64,000 bases of DNA from Candidatus Doudnabacteria bacterium (lineage in GTDB: Bacteria > Patescibacteriota > Doudnabacteria > UBA920 > O2-02-FULL-48-8): assembly GCA_019659055.1 (NCBI GenBank), contig JAIFWV010000002.1:26047-90046 (forward strand), read 5' to 3'. The position numbers were made by a program, and so were the translations under genes. The first letter of the stretch is position 1. Each line of letters opens with the position of its first letter. Shown in pieces: positions 7,240 through 17,100 of the stretch. Under the pieces are notes generated by a model, which was given only the letters and a program-made list of their open reading frames with translations, made no database searches and had not been told where the DNA came from.

Positions 7240-9372
7240 TTATTGTCCGACTTGTCCCACGCGGACTTTGCCAGATTCGCCGATAATTTTCTCGGCCACA
7301 TTTCTTGGCACTTCCTCGTATTTGAGAAACTCCATAGTGTAGGAAGCCTGTCCCTGGGACATGGATCGGATTTGGGTGGCGTAGCCAAACATTTCCGCCA
7401 GCGGGACTTCTGCGTCAATTATTTTGAGGTTGCCGCGATCGGTCATTTCAAGGATTTTGCCGCGCTTGGCGTTGAGGTCGCCGATGACATCGCCCATGGC
7501 TGATTCCGGGGTCGTGACCTCGACTTTCATAATCGGTTCGAGAATGATTGGGTTGGCTTTTTTCACGGCGGACTGGAAAGCCATGGATCCGGCAATTTTG
7601 AAAGCGATTTCAGAAGAGTCAACCTCGTGGTAACTGCCATCGTAGAGCGTGGTTTTGACGTTGAGCACTGGGAATCCGGCAATAACGCCGCGATCCTCTG
7701 CTTCCGCAATACCTTTTTCTATCGGTTTGATATATTCCTTGGGTACGGTGCCGCCAACGATTTCATTTATAAATTCATTGCCTTTCTCTGGATCATCCTG
7801 CGGTTCGATTCGTATCCAGACGTGACCATACTGACCCTTACCGCCGGTCTGGCGGATGTATTTGCCTTCGGCATCAGCTTTACCGCGAATAGTTTCTTTG
7901 TAAGCAACTTGGGGTTTACCAACATTGGCCTCGACTTTGAATTCGCGCTTCATGCGGTCAACCAAAATTTCCAAGTGCAGTTCGCCCATACCCGCAATCA
8001 AAGTTTGCTGGACTTCTTCGTCAGTGCTGACTCGGAAAGTCGGATCCTCTTCTGCGAGTTTTTGCAAAGCCAAACCCATCTTTTCTTGATCGGCTTTGGT
8101 CTTTGGTTCGATAGCAACCGAAATAACCGGTTCTGGGAATTTGATCTTCTCAAGCATTACAGGGAAATCGACATCACAAAGCGTATCGCCAGTGAAGGTA
8201 TCTTTCGGCCCGACCAGGGCCGCGATATCGCCGGAATGAACTTCCTTAACCTCTTCGCGGGAATCGGCATGCAATCGGACCAAGCGGCCAACACGTTCTT
8301 TGTTTCCGGAACGGGCGTTTAGAATATATGAACCGGCTTGAAGGACTCCTGTGTAAACTCGGAAGAACGCCAATTTGCCGACAAAGGGGTCAGTTGCGAT
8401 TTTGAATGCCAAGGCTACAAACTTGTCGCTATCGTTTGGAGTCAGTAAAATTTCTTCTTGAGTCTTGGTATTGATAGCCTTAATCGGGGGCTTATCTAAC
8501 GGTGAGGGCAGGTAGTTCACTACCGCATCCAAGAGCGAAGTCACGATAAGTCCGCGTCCATCTCCGCCGAGGACTGGGAAAAACTTTCCCGACAAGGTCG
8601 AGGTTCGGATAGCTTTTATCAACTCCTGGTCGCTGATTTCCTCGCCGGCCAAATATTTTTCCATGAGAGCATCATCTGATTCGACAACTTTTTCTATGAG
8701 CTTCAACCGGTACTCGCGCGCTTTCTCAAGCATGTCGGCTGGGACTTCGCCTTCGGTAAAGGTCTTGTCCTTGTGCTCCTTGTATGTATAGGATTTCATC
8801 TTCACCAAATCGACAATGCCGTTGATGTCTTTTTCAAACCCAATCGGTAGTTGGATCGGGAAGGCGTTGGGCGACAAGCGCTTGTGAATCGCATCCAAAG
8901 ATTTATAAAAATCGCCGCCAGTCTGGTTGATCTTGTTTATAAAGCACATGCGGGGTACTGCGTATTTGTCGGCTTGGCGCCAGACGGTCTCGGACTGAGG
9001 TTCTACACCCATCTTACCGTCGAAGACCACGACTGCGCCGTCGAGCACGCGTAAAGATCGCTCGACTTCGACTGTGAAGTCCACGTGTCCGGGGGTGTCG
9101 ATGATGTTGATGCGGTGAGTGTCGGGAGATTTACCGCCAGATTGCAGTGTCCGCGACCAAAAGCTGGTGGTGGCCGCCGCGGTAATCGTGATGCCGCGTT
9201 CGCGTTCCTGCTCCATCCAGTCCATGGCAGTGTTGCCTTCGTGGACTTCGCCAATCTTGTGGATCTTGCCGGTATAAAACAAAATCGACTCGGTAGTGGT
9301 GGTCTTACCGGCATCGATGTGGGCAATAATCCCGATGTTTCTGGTTTGTTCTAGGCTGTATTCTCTAGGCAT
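7240..9372 (-). CDS. fusA: elongation factor G
   Basis: 710 aa; [21 protein letters not shown] motifs and full EF-G domain order. Confidence 0.95.
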   Translation of the reverse strand: MPREYSLEQTRNIGIIAHIDAGKTTTTESILFYTGKIHKIGEVHEGNTAMDWMEQERERGITITAAATTSFWSRTLQSGGKSPDTHRINIIDTPGHVDFTVEVERSLRVLDGAVVVFDGKMGVEPQSETVWRQADKYAVPRMCFINKINQTGGDFYKSLDAIHKRLSPNAFPIQLPIGFEKDINGIVDLVKMKSYTYKEHKDKTFTEGEVPADMLEKAREYRLKLIEKVVESDDALMEKYLAGEEISDQELIKAIRTSTLSGKFFPVLGGDGRGLIVTSLLDAVVNYLPSPLDKPPIKAINTKTQEEILLTPNDSDKFVALAFKIATDPFVGKLAFFRVYTGVLQAGSYILNARSGNKERVGRLVRLHADSREEVKEVHSGDIAALVGPKDTFTGDTLCDVDFPVMLEKIKFPEPVISVAIEPKTKADQEKMGLALQKLAEEDPTFRVSTDEEVQQTLIAGMGELHLEILVDRMKREFKVEANVGKPQVAYKETIRGKADAEGKYIRQTGGKGQYGHVWIRIEPQDDPEKGNEFINEIVGGTVPKEYIKPIEKGIAEAEDRGVIAGFPVLNVKTTLYDGSYHEVDSSEIAFKIAGSMAFQSAVKKANPIILEPIMKVEVTTPESAMGDVIGDLNAKRGKILEMTDRGNLKIIDAEVPLAEMFGYATQIRSMSQGQASYTMEFLKYEEVPRNVAEKIIGESGKVRVGQVGQ

Positions 9373-9394
9373 TTAAAAAATTTTCAGTTGTAAA

Positions 9395-9898
9395 TTATCT
9401 TCGCTGGAATCGGGCAAAGTGGGCAAAAGCTTTATTGGCTTCGGCCATGCGGTGCACGTCTTCGCGCTTCTTGATAGCCGCACCCTGCTTGTTGAAGGCT
9501 TCCATAAGTTCGGTGGCCAGTTTTTGGGCCATGGGTTTGCCTTTTTTGCCGCGGGCGGCGTCGATAATCCATTTCATGCCGAGCGCGGTCTTCCGCGGCT
9601 CTTGCACTTCCATAGGCACTTGGTAGTTGGCACCGCCAATACGGCGGCCTTTGACTTCCAGAATCGGACAGACATTGCGTACTGCCTGCTCAAAAATCAT
9701 TTTGCCATCGGTTTTGACCCCGTCCTTGGCTGGCATTTCTTTTTCGATAATATCCAAAGCGCCATAGACGACTTTATTGGCAATAGTTTTCTTGCCGCGT
9801 TCCATGACGTAGTTTATAAACTTCGACAGCTTGACGCTGTTATACTTGTGGTCCGGATCCACCGGATGCTTCTTGTATGATCGTGCTTTTCGTGGCAT
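9395..9898 (-). CDS. rpsG: 30S ribosomal protein S7
   Basis: MPRKARSYKKHPVDPDHKYNS... canonical S7; track N-terminal 15 aa overlap the repeated intercistronic element so start at 9898 preferred. Confidence 0.88.
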   Translation of the reverse strand: MPRKARSYKKHPVDPDHKYNSVKLSKFINYVMERGKKTIANKVVYGALDIIEKEMPAKDGVKTDGKMIFEQAVRNVCPILEVKGRRIGGANYQVPMEVQEPRKTALGMKWIIDAARGKKGKPMAQKLATELMEAFNKQGAAIKKREDVHRMAEANKAFAHFARFQRR

Positions 9899-9961
9899 AT
9901 ATTTGGTCGTGATTCTTGAAACGTGGATCGTGAATCGCTTCACGTCTCACGCTTCACGTTT
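9899..9961 (-). repeat. conserved ~60-nt intercistronic element (rpsL|rpsG)
   Basis: minus strand ATAAAACGTGAAGCGTGAGACGTGAAGCGATTCACGATCCACGTTTCAAGAATCACGA.. Confidence 0.6.
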
Positions 9962-10374
9962 TATGGTCTCTTGGCTCCGTATTTAGATCGGGACCGCTTG
10001 CGGCCTTCGACGCCGCCGGCATCGAGCTTGCCGCGGACTATGTGATAGCGCATACCGGCCAAATCTTTGACGCGGCCGCCGCGAATCATGACCACCGAGT
10101 GCTCCTGTAAGTTGTGGCCGATGCCCGGGATATAGGCGTTGACTTCCATACCATTGCTCAGGCGGACCCGGGCAAATTTGCGGATAGCTGAGTTTGGTTT
10201 TCTCGGAGTCATGGTCGAGACTTTGATGCAGACCCCGCGCTTAAATGGGGATCCTTTGCGGATGGTATAGGTTTCTCCCTTAAGCGAATTGTAAACGCGC
10301 TCAAGTGCCGGAGACTTGGATTTATAAAATGACTTGGTTCGTCCTTTGCGGACTAATTGGTTGATTGTAGGCAT
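9961..10374 (-). CDS. rpsL: 30S ribosomal protein S12 (with a short internal insertion)
   Basis: [12 protein letters not shown]...PKKPNSA(I)[21 protein letters not shown] canonical S12. Confidence 0.92.
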   Translation of the reverse strand: MPTINQLVRKGRTKSFYKSKSPALERVYNSLKGETYTIRKGSPFKRGVCIKVSTMTPRKPNSAIRKFARVRLSNGMEVNAYIPGIGHNLQEHSVVMIRGGRVKDLAGMRYHIVRGKLDAGGVEGRKRSRSKYGAKRP

Positions 10375-10449
10375 GTGCGAAATTAAAACGGCAGATCTTG
10401 CCGTTGCAACTCAAACGGACTTAAATCTATTAAATATTTGTACCTGCAG

Positions 10450-10478
10450 ATAATAACAGGTTTTTTGCCTCCCGTCAA
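10450..10478 (-). promoter_or_regulatory. promoter for rpsL-rpsG-fusA (TTGACG-17-TATTAT)
   Basis: minus strand reads TTGACGggaggcaaaaaacctgtTATTAT about 75 nt upstream of rpsL ATG; 5' UTR then contains AACGGCAAGATCTGCCGTT hairpin plus TTTAATTT immediately before the ATG. Confidence 0.55.
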
Positions 10479-10502
10479 CCCTGTTTCCAATCCTCACTTC
10501 TA

Positions 10503-10531
10503 TTGACAAAATCACCAAAATGTTATATATT
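10503..10531 (+). promoter_or_regulatory. consensus sigma70 promoter (TTGACA-17-TATATT)
   Basis: TTGACAaaatcaccaaaatgttaTATATT, divergent from rpsL promoter. Confidence 0.6.
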
Positions 10532-10571
10532 TGTGAGTCGCAACGGAATTCTTTACAGTGGGAGGCTTAAG

Positions 10572-10793
10572 ATGCCAAAGAAGCAAAAGACCCTTCAGCA
10601 CAGTTTTCAAGTAAGATTCAGCGAAAAAACCATGGCGCAAATCATGGAACTCCAGGAGCATTACGGGGCGATTACAATCGCTGAAACAATCCGCCGTGCA
10701 GTCGAAGAACGTCACAAAGTAATGGAAAAGCAAACAAAAGGATTCTCAGTGTTCGGAAAGAGGGACTCCGAAACAATTGAATTCCTTCTCTAA
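10572..10793 (+). CDS. ribbon-helix-helix (CopG/Arc-like) DNA-binding protein, 73 aa
   Basis: SD GGGAGG; sequence ..FQVRFSEKTMAQIMELQEHYGAITIAETIRRAVEE.. fits the RHH beta-alpha-alpha pattern. Confidence 0.55.
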   Translation: MPKKQKTLQHSFQVRFSEKTMAQIMELQEHYGAITIAETIRRAVEERHKVMEKQTKGFSVFGKRDSETIEFLL

Positions 10794-10803
10794 CGGAGGG
10801 TTT

Positions 10804-11103
10804 ATGGGTGCCAAGAAAGGTTTGCTAAGTGGCAATAAATTTAATGGCAGGCATACTACAGTAATAGACGCTGCCATTCCGATGGTAATAGCGGCAAGCA
10901 AGCGGCCGGAAGTTACAAAGATCGTACTGAGCATCATCCGGCAAATTGGCCCAGGGCCGCAGAACCTAAAATTCAAACCAATACCAGCGGGACTTCAGAT
11001 GACCATCCGGAGTACCAACGCCAAGCAGGAATTTTATCTCTACACCTCAAGCCCCGACCTTACCAAGAAGGAATTGGAAAAAGCGTGGGCAAAGGAGGCC
11101 TAA
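10804..11103 (+). CDS. hypothetical protein (99 aa)
   Basis: SD GGAGGG 5 nt before ATG; followed by strong terminator. Confidence 0.5.
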   Translation: MGAKKGLLSGNKFNGRHTTVIDAAIPMVIAASKRPEVTKIVLSIIRQIGPGPQNLKFKPIPAGLQMTIRSTNAKQEFYLYTSSPDLTKKELEKAWAKEA

Positions 11104-11141
11104 CGGCAGATTCGCAGCAAATTGCGAAACTGCCTTTTTTA
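11104..11141 (+). terminator. rho-independent terminator
   Basis: GGCAGATTCGCAGCAAATTGCGAAACTGCC extended hairpin then TTTTTTA. Confidence 0.7.
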
Positions 11142-11172
11142 TTTGCTAAAAATCACCCAAATGGCCTAAGTC

Positions 11173-11201
11173 TTGACAAAATTGCCAAAAAGGAGTATAA
11201 T
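11173..11201 (+). promoter_or_regulatory. perfect consensus sigma70 promoter (TTGACA-17-TATAAT)
   Basis: TTGACAaaattgccaaaaaggagTATAAT. Confidence 0.65.
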
Positions 11202-11277
11202 TACTAGTTACGATCAAAACGGTTGTAACGCTTTAGAGTACAGCAAAGCCCACATATTTTGGGGCAAGGAGGACAGC

Positions 11278-11913
11278 ATGTCGTACATTGCAAACGTGTT
11301 CGGTGACCTGGACGATCAGAACAAGTACACCGACGACCTGTTGGCACAACTGCTTGCGCAACTCTTCGAGAAGCCGGCGGCGTGTGTCGATCAGGACGAC
11401 CGCTGCTCTTCCAAGCCCTTGAGCGACTCCGACACGAGCATCACGCTCGATTGCGGCAAGATCGTCAAGCGCTGCAGCTACCACACGAAGGTGTTGTCGG
11501 TGCTCGAGACGGAAGTCCGCACCGTCTTCGCGGGTGTCGCTGTCAAAGCCATCCGCGAAGTCCAGAACGCGCGGGCGGCTGAGAAGGCCCGGATCGCGGC
11601 CGAGAAGAAGCTCTTCCGCGACGAGATCCGCAAGCACCTGGCGCGCAGCGTCGGTGTCACGGTGGAAATCGTAACCGAGGAGGACGTGACCGCGAAGATC
11701 GCGGCGATGACCGAGGACCAGAAGTACAAGCTCCTCGACATCGTGCTCAAGCGCGACCAGCCGGCGAAACCCGTCGTCAATGCGACGACGAAGCCCGGCC
11801 AGAAAAACCAGAAGCCCGCGAGCCCGCGGCCGACCCTGGTTCACACCAATCGACCCATGGGTGACGTCGCGCACCCCGGCGATCTCCGCCTCACTCAGGC
11901 CGCGAATCGCTAA
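11278..11913 (+). CDS. hypothetical protein (211 aa), G+C-rich
   Basis: SD AAGGAGG 7 nt before ATG (track ORF starts earlier at 11173); Ala/Lys-rich helical central region; flanked by promoter and terminators. Confidence 0.55.
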   Translation: MSYIANVFGDLDDQNKYTDDLLAQLLAQLFEKPAACVDQDDRCSSKPLSDSDTSITLDCGKIVKRCSYHTKVLSVLETEVRTVFAGVAVKAIREVQNARAAEKARIAAEKKLFRDEIRKHLARSVGVTVEIVTEEDVTAKIAAMTEDQKYKLLDIVLKRDQPAKPVVNATTKPGQKNQKPASPRPTLVHTNRPMGDVAHPGDLRLTQAANR

Positions 11914-11990
11914 CCGCAACCCACCGTCAGGGCAAATGACGAGGTGGCGAAGGTACCAGTTACCTTCGCCATTTTTTTATTCCAAAAAGA

Positions 11991-12027
11991 AAAGGGCGGG
12001 TAGTTTTAGAACTACCTCGCCCTATTT
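11991..12027. terminator. bidirectional terminator
   Basis: GGGCGGGTAGTT-TTAG-AACTACCTCGCCC hairpin with T-runs on both sides; also GGCGAAGGTA..TACCTTCGCC hairpin at 11945-11978. Confidence 0.6.
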
Positions 12028-12357
12028 TTAATGCCGATTGAGTCGGTCGCGGCGGTCTGCTCGAAACTGTTCGAGCTTGTCGTGCAGTTCGCGCCGGCTT
12101 TCGGGGTCCGGAACACTTCCAGCCAAGAGCAGATCAATAGTCTGGAGCAAACCGTCAATCTGACTCCGGCGTACGACGTCTTTGAGGGCTGTCGAACTCC
12201 CCTCTTTGAGGCCAATCAGCAAATCGCGAAAGTCTTCGAACAACTCCTTCACCGAATCAATGGCTTCGCCGCGCTCCAAAACTTTGGCACAGCGATAAGC
12301 CGCTCGCTTTTGGAGGTAAAGCTGGCGCTTAAGCTCCACAATCTGTTCATTGACCAT
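12028..12357 (-). CDS. hypothetical helical protein (109 aa)
   Basis: SD AAGGAGGTGAG directly before ATG; no recognisable family. Confidence 0.5.
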   Translation of the reverse strand: MVNEQIVELKRQLYLQKRAAYRCAKVLERGEAIDSVKELFEDFRDLLIGLKEGSSTALKDVVRRSQIDGLLQTIDLLLAGSVPDPESRRELHDKLEQFRADRRDRLNRH

Positions 12358-12383
12358 CTCACCTCCTTGAGTTTGGTTTCGTT

Positions 12384-13019
12384 TTAGAGCTGAAAATCTG
12401 TTCCCAACAAAAATTTAACACATGCAGAGACGAGTGGCAAGAGGATAGACGAAAAAAGTCCGGTGAACAGGAATAAAAAAATCAAAATAAACCCAAAGCG
12501 CTCAAGTTCCAGGATCCAGTACATAAGACCGCGGTCCACAAACCCGAGCGCACTGGCCAAAACTTTGGATCCGTCCAAAGGCGGGATCGGTATGAGGTTA
12601 AAAATTCCCAAAATGAGGTTGAGGAGGATGATTTGAAATACCAGTGCTTGCCCTTGTTCGGAGATTCCGGGGAAAAACCGAAACACCAGGCTTGCCGCTC
12701 CGGCCAAAAGGAAATTAGTAGCCGGTCCGGCCAACGCCACGAGTATCATGTCGCGCCGGAAATTCCTAAGGTTCTGGTAATTTACAGGCACGGGCTTGGC
12801 CGCGCCAAATATAAACGGCGAACCGACCAGATACAAGATTGCAGGCAGGAGAATCGACCCAAACGGATCGATATGCGGGATCGGGTTGAGAGTGAGACGG
12901 CCCGAATACCTTGCCGTAGGATCACCGAGCCAATCGGCAACTAACCCGTGCGCCACTTCGTGGAAAATCACGGAAAACAGCAGGATGAAGATAAAAAATA
13001 TGACGCTAAATGGATCCAT
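12384..13019 (-). CDS. site-2 protease family (peptidase M50) membrane metalloprotease
   Basis: HEVAH zinc motif in first TM region, NLIPIPPLDG motif, multiple TM segments. Confidence 0.8.
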   Translation of the reverse strand: MDPFSVIFFIFILLFSVIFHEVAHGLVADWLGDPTARYSGRLTLNPIPHIDPFGSILLPAILYLVGSPFIFGAAKPVPVNYQNLRNFRRDMILVALAGPATNFLLAGAASLVFRFFPGISEQGQALVFQIILLNLILGIFNLIPIPPLDGSKVLASALGFVDRGLMYWILELERFGFILIFLFLFTGLFSSILLPLVSACVKFLLGTDFQL

Positions 13020-13110
13020 GGGATAGAATTATGAATTTCGAATTATGAATTATGCTTATATTACATAGCCATAATTCCTGATTCCAGATTCCTAATTCGG
13101 ACCCAAGGCA

Positions 13111-13139
13111 TTGACCAAAGCCTGTCCGTATGCTAAACT
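13111..13139 (+). promoter_or_regulatory. promoter for rpmB (TTGACC-17-TAAACT)
   Basis: TTGACCaaagcctgtccgtatgcTAAACT 27 nt upstream of rpmB ATG. Confidence 0.5.
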
Positions 13140-13165
13140 CTTTGGGTACCTTAATTGTAACACAT

Positions 13166-13351
13166 ATGAGAAAATGTACGATCTGCGGCAAAGGCTATAT
13201 GAATGCCATGAGACGATCACACTCGATGCGGGCGACGAAAGTCAAACTTTATCCCAATTTGCAATGGCTTAAGACCGAGCATGGCCGGATAAAAGCCTGT
13301 ACCAAGTGCATCAAGACTCAAGCCAAACGGTTAGCCGCTGTTACCGCATAA
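13166..13351 (+). CDS. rpmB: 50S ribosomal protein L28
   Basis: MRKCTICGKGYMNAMRRSHSMRATKVKLYPNLQ... matches L28 (C.ICGK..GN..SH..TKR..PNL), second Cys pair CTKC; followed by perfect hairpin terminator AAACCTCTTCA-GGAA-TGAAGAGGTTT at 13351-13388. Confidence 0.8.
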   Translation: MRKCTICGKGYMNAMRRSHSMRATKVKLYPNLQWLKTEHGRIKACTKCIKTQAKRLAAVTA

Positions 13352-13398
13352 AAAACCTCTTCAGGAATGAAGAGGTTTTTAAATTTCCGATTTACAAT

Positions 13399-14073
13399 TT
13401 ATTTTGTTACTGCAAATGTGTCTTGCCAGGCTTTTTGGCCTTCTTGATCGGCAAAGAGCGCATACTGGCCGATGCTAAAGAAGAAATATTTGTCGGGGTG
13501 ACTCTTGTCCATCCAGAAATAGCTGGCGCCGTTGCTGGCTGAATAAACCGGCGGGCATTTATCGGCGTTTTGCCAGAAAGGCGCGTTGGGATCGGTACTT
13601 TTGGGATATGCGATCACAGCGACTTCCTGATTCTCGGGGATGACCGGCGCGTCGGCGTCATAGCTTTTGTAATAATCAGCCAAAGTCAAAGGATAGCAAT
13701 CCTTGACTGAATAATTGGCCAGGAATTTCTTTTGGATTGATGCAATGAGAGTATCTTTCGGATCTTTGGTAAAACCCTGTACCCATTGCCCTTGTTCCAT
13801 AGGGTTTGCGGTATAGTAAACATAAATCTTGTCCCCGGCCTCTTTGGCGTCGGTGTCAGTTTTCCCGTCGCCATCCTGATCGGCGCTGTATGTAAACTTC
13901 ACTCCCAAGCTGTCTGAAGTAAAGGTTTTGACCGTGTCTTGATTATTATTGGAGTTGCCAGTGTTGGTTTGGGTGGTCCCCTGATCTTTAGGTTTAATCT
14001 TCACATACGGCAAGAGAAAATAACCTATTGCCAGCAGTACGACTACAAAAATGATCGTTTTGAGGGTTGTCAT
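13399..14073 (-). CDS. hypothetical membrane-anchored/secreted protein (224 aa)
   Basis: N-terminal TM helix, then Gln/Thr/Asn-rich linker and Asp-rich region; no family recognised. Confidence 0.55.
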   Translation of the reverse strand: MTTLKTIIFVVVLLAIGYFLLPYVKIKPKDQGTTQTNTGNSNNNQDTVKTFTSDSLGVKFTYSADQDGDGKTDTDAKEAGDKIYVYYTANPMEQGQWVQGFTKDPKDTLIASIQKKFLANYSVKDCYPLTLADYYKSYDADAPVIPENQEVAVIAYPKSTDPNAPFWQNADKCPPVYSASNGASYFWMDKSHPDKYFFFSIGQYALFADQEGQKAWQDTFAVTK

Positions 14074-14105
14074 TCGAGGAAAAATTAATAGTTAACCTGA
14101 TCTTA

Positions 14106-17100
14106 TCAGAATAACGCCGGCTTGCCTAGACTTGCCACCACCGAGACATAACGGTCCTCGTTGAGGATCTCAGACAGGGAATGCGCGGGCATTGCTCCAT
14201 TGAACAGATACCCTTGCGCGCGATTGCACATATTTTCCCGCAAAAACGCCAGCTGATTTTTGGATTCCACTCCTTCGGCTGTTATTTCCATGTTGAGACT
14301 GCGCCCGAGCGTGATAATTGATTTCGCAATTGCCGAATTTTGCATATCCATGGGGATACCCTTCATGAAAGTTCTCTCGATTTTGAGCATATCCACCGGA
14401 AAATGTTTGATGTAGCGCAAAGACGAATACCCGGTCGAAAAATCATCGAGGCAGAATCTGACTCCCCGTTCGCGCAAGGCATTCATGATGCTTGTAATAT
14501 TGTCTTCATTTTCGGCCAGGATTGATTCTGTAAGTTCGAGTTCCAGAAAACGAGCGTCAAATTTGGATTCTTCGATAGCGCCGATGAGGACATTCTCAAA
14601 ATTCTTCTGCTTGAATTGCCGGGCCGAAAGATTGATAGCCATAATCATTTTGTAGCCGGCATCGTGCCACATCTTCCCCTGCTTCAAGGCTTCTTTGAGT
14701 ATCCATTCGCCAATGGGTTCTATGAGTCCGTTGGCTTCTGCCAATGGGATAAACCGGTCAGGCAAAATCAGCGTCATATCCGGCCTCTGCCAACGGATAA
14801 GCTCTTCTGTCCCAACTATTTTACCTGTGGCGACATCTACTTGCGGCTGGTAAAACAGCACGAACTCCTGGTTTTCCAGAGCGTGTCGAAGCTTGGAATC
14901 CAGAGTTAGCCGTTCGTAGGCCGCCGAATTCATTGTGGTCGTATAGAACTGATAGGTATTGCGGCCGTATTCCTTGGCGCGATAAAGTGCGGCCTCGGCA
15001 TTTCTGAGCAGACTCGAGGCCTCTCTGCCGTCGTATGGATAAAGGCTGATACCAATACTCGGGCTGATAAACAGCTCGTGCTGGTCAAGGTAAAACGCGG
15101 GCCGGAAATCCTCCAAAATTTTATTGGCAAGCTTAGCCGCTTCTTCTTCGGTCTGGATATCGGCCATAAGGATTGCAAATTCATCACCGCCAAGCCGAGC
15201 TAAGACATAATCTTCTTTGACACAGCTGCGTACGCGCAAAGCGACTTCCTGAATCAGGCGATCGCCCAAAGCATGACCCAGAGATTCGTTTATTTGCTTA
15301 AATCGATCGAGATCGAGGAGCATAATTCCCAAATTCTGACCGTTGGCTTCGGCATCCGAAATAGCTTGCGCGAACCGTTCATTGAGGTAAGTCCGATTGG
15401 GCAGATCCGTGAGAGTGTCGTGATGGTACTGATACTGCAGGTTTTCTTCCGCGAGCCGGCGTTCGGTGATATCGCGAAAGTTTACAACCATGGCCCGAAT
15501 ACTCGGGTGGTGCAAAAGATTTGTACCTACTCCCTCAATCCAGCGATAGTTGCCATTGGCATGGCGGCAGCGGTATTGTGCGGTAATCGTCTGGTCCGGC
15601 TTGCGCAAGCTCGTGGCCAGAAGCTCGGCCACCAGCGGGGCGTCGTCGGGGTGCACTATATTTCTAATATTTACTCCGTGCATTTCTTCCGATGTGTATC
15701 CAAGCATACGCTGGACCGGCATGGTCGCAAATGTCAGGACACCGTTGGCATCGAGGAGTGCCACGCCGTCTGAGGTGTTATCGATAATAGCGCGGTACCG
15801 CTCTTCGCTGACCTGAAGTTTCTGTTCCATGAATTTACGCTCACGGATCTCTATCTGAGCTTCCCGATAGAGTAAGGCGTTGTCGATGGCCATGCCGGCG
15901 CGTCGGCCGAGCTCTTCGAAGAATTTAAGATCCTTCTCCTCATAGCGCTTGTTGGACTCTGCCCAGATCAAGGACATGACCCCGAAGACTTTATCGCGTG
16001 CGACCAAAGGCACCATAAGTGCGGACTTAATACCGAGCTTGGACGTGAGTTCATAATGCTCCGGATCGCGCGAACTGGCGCGGAGCATGTCGTCGGTAAT
16101 CTCCTTATAGATTTCAGCTTTTCCGGTGGTGATGATTTTCCAGGTCCCACGCTCCGGATCTTTGTGATTCGGATACTTTCTTGCCAATTCCACAGCAAAT
16201 TTTATTTTTTCCGGGTCCACGTGTTCTACTGCGACTTGCTTTGTGTTTTCGCCGTCAGGAGTGAGAATTTCGATTCCGCACCAATCGGCAAATTTGGGGA
16301 CGGCTAATTTCGCCACTCGCGCCAGTGTTGTCTCAAAATCCAAAGACGATGATAATAATTTCGTAGCTTCGGATAAAAACACGACCCCTTCGTCGGCTTG
16401 TTTGGATTTCGTAATGTCGCGAGCCACGGCCGAGGCACCCACGACTTTGCCGGAATTATTTTTTATTGGCGAGACCGCCACGGATATGTCCAAAATCCGT
16501 CCGTCTTTGGTTTTCCTTTTGGTCTCATAGTGATTAACACCCCTGCCGAGTCGGATCTGCGCCAAAAGCATTCTGGTGTCATCCGGAAAGCCTTCCGGAA
16601 CCAAGACTGAAACATTCTTGCCGAGAATTTCTTGTTCGGTATAGCCATATATCCTTACCGCTCCTTTATTCCAGCTCGTGATGTTGCCTTCTAGATCTTT
16701 GCCCATGATCGCGTCCTCAGACGATTCAACTATAGCTACAAGTTTGAGATTGGCCTCGAGGGCGGTTTTTTGAGGAGTGATGTCGCGCAGATACACAGCA
16801 AGGCCGTCTTTGGCGGGGTACACTGAGGATTCTATCCACTTCGGCATATTTCCCGGTTCAGAAAATTTTTCTTCGTAACGCAGGGATTTATTTTCCAACA
16901 AGGCTTCCTGCAGTTTGGAATAGGTCGCGGTCTGCATTGCGTTTGGAAATTCCTGAAAAATATTTTTTCCCAGAAGCTCGCTCCGGTTCCGCTGTAACAA
17001 CTGTTCGGCTTGGCGGTTGACGTATGTAAAGTTCCAATCTTTATCCAACGCAAAAAAGCCGTCAGTAATACTTTCGAGAATATGCTGGTTCCGGCGATTG

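Noticed and set aside
3591-9372. Numerous antisense/overlapping ORFs inside tuf, fusA, rplD, rplC and the GGDEF-EAL gene (e.g. 3903..4580 +, 7627..8322 +, 1000..1446 +, 15273..15773 +)
   Set aside because: They are embedded in strongly supported conserved genes on the opposite strand. They lack start context and have low-complexity or compositionally biased translations.
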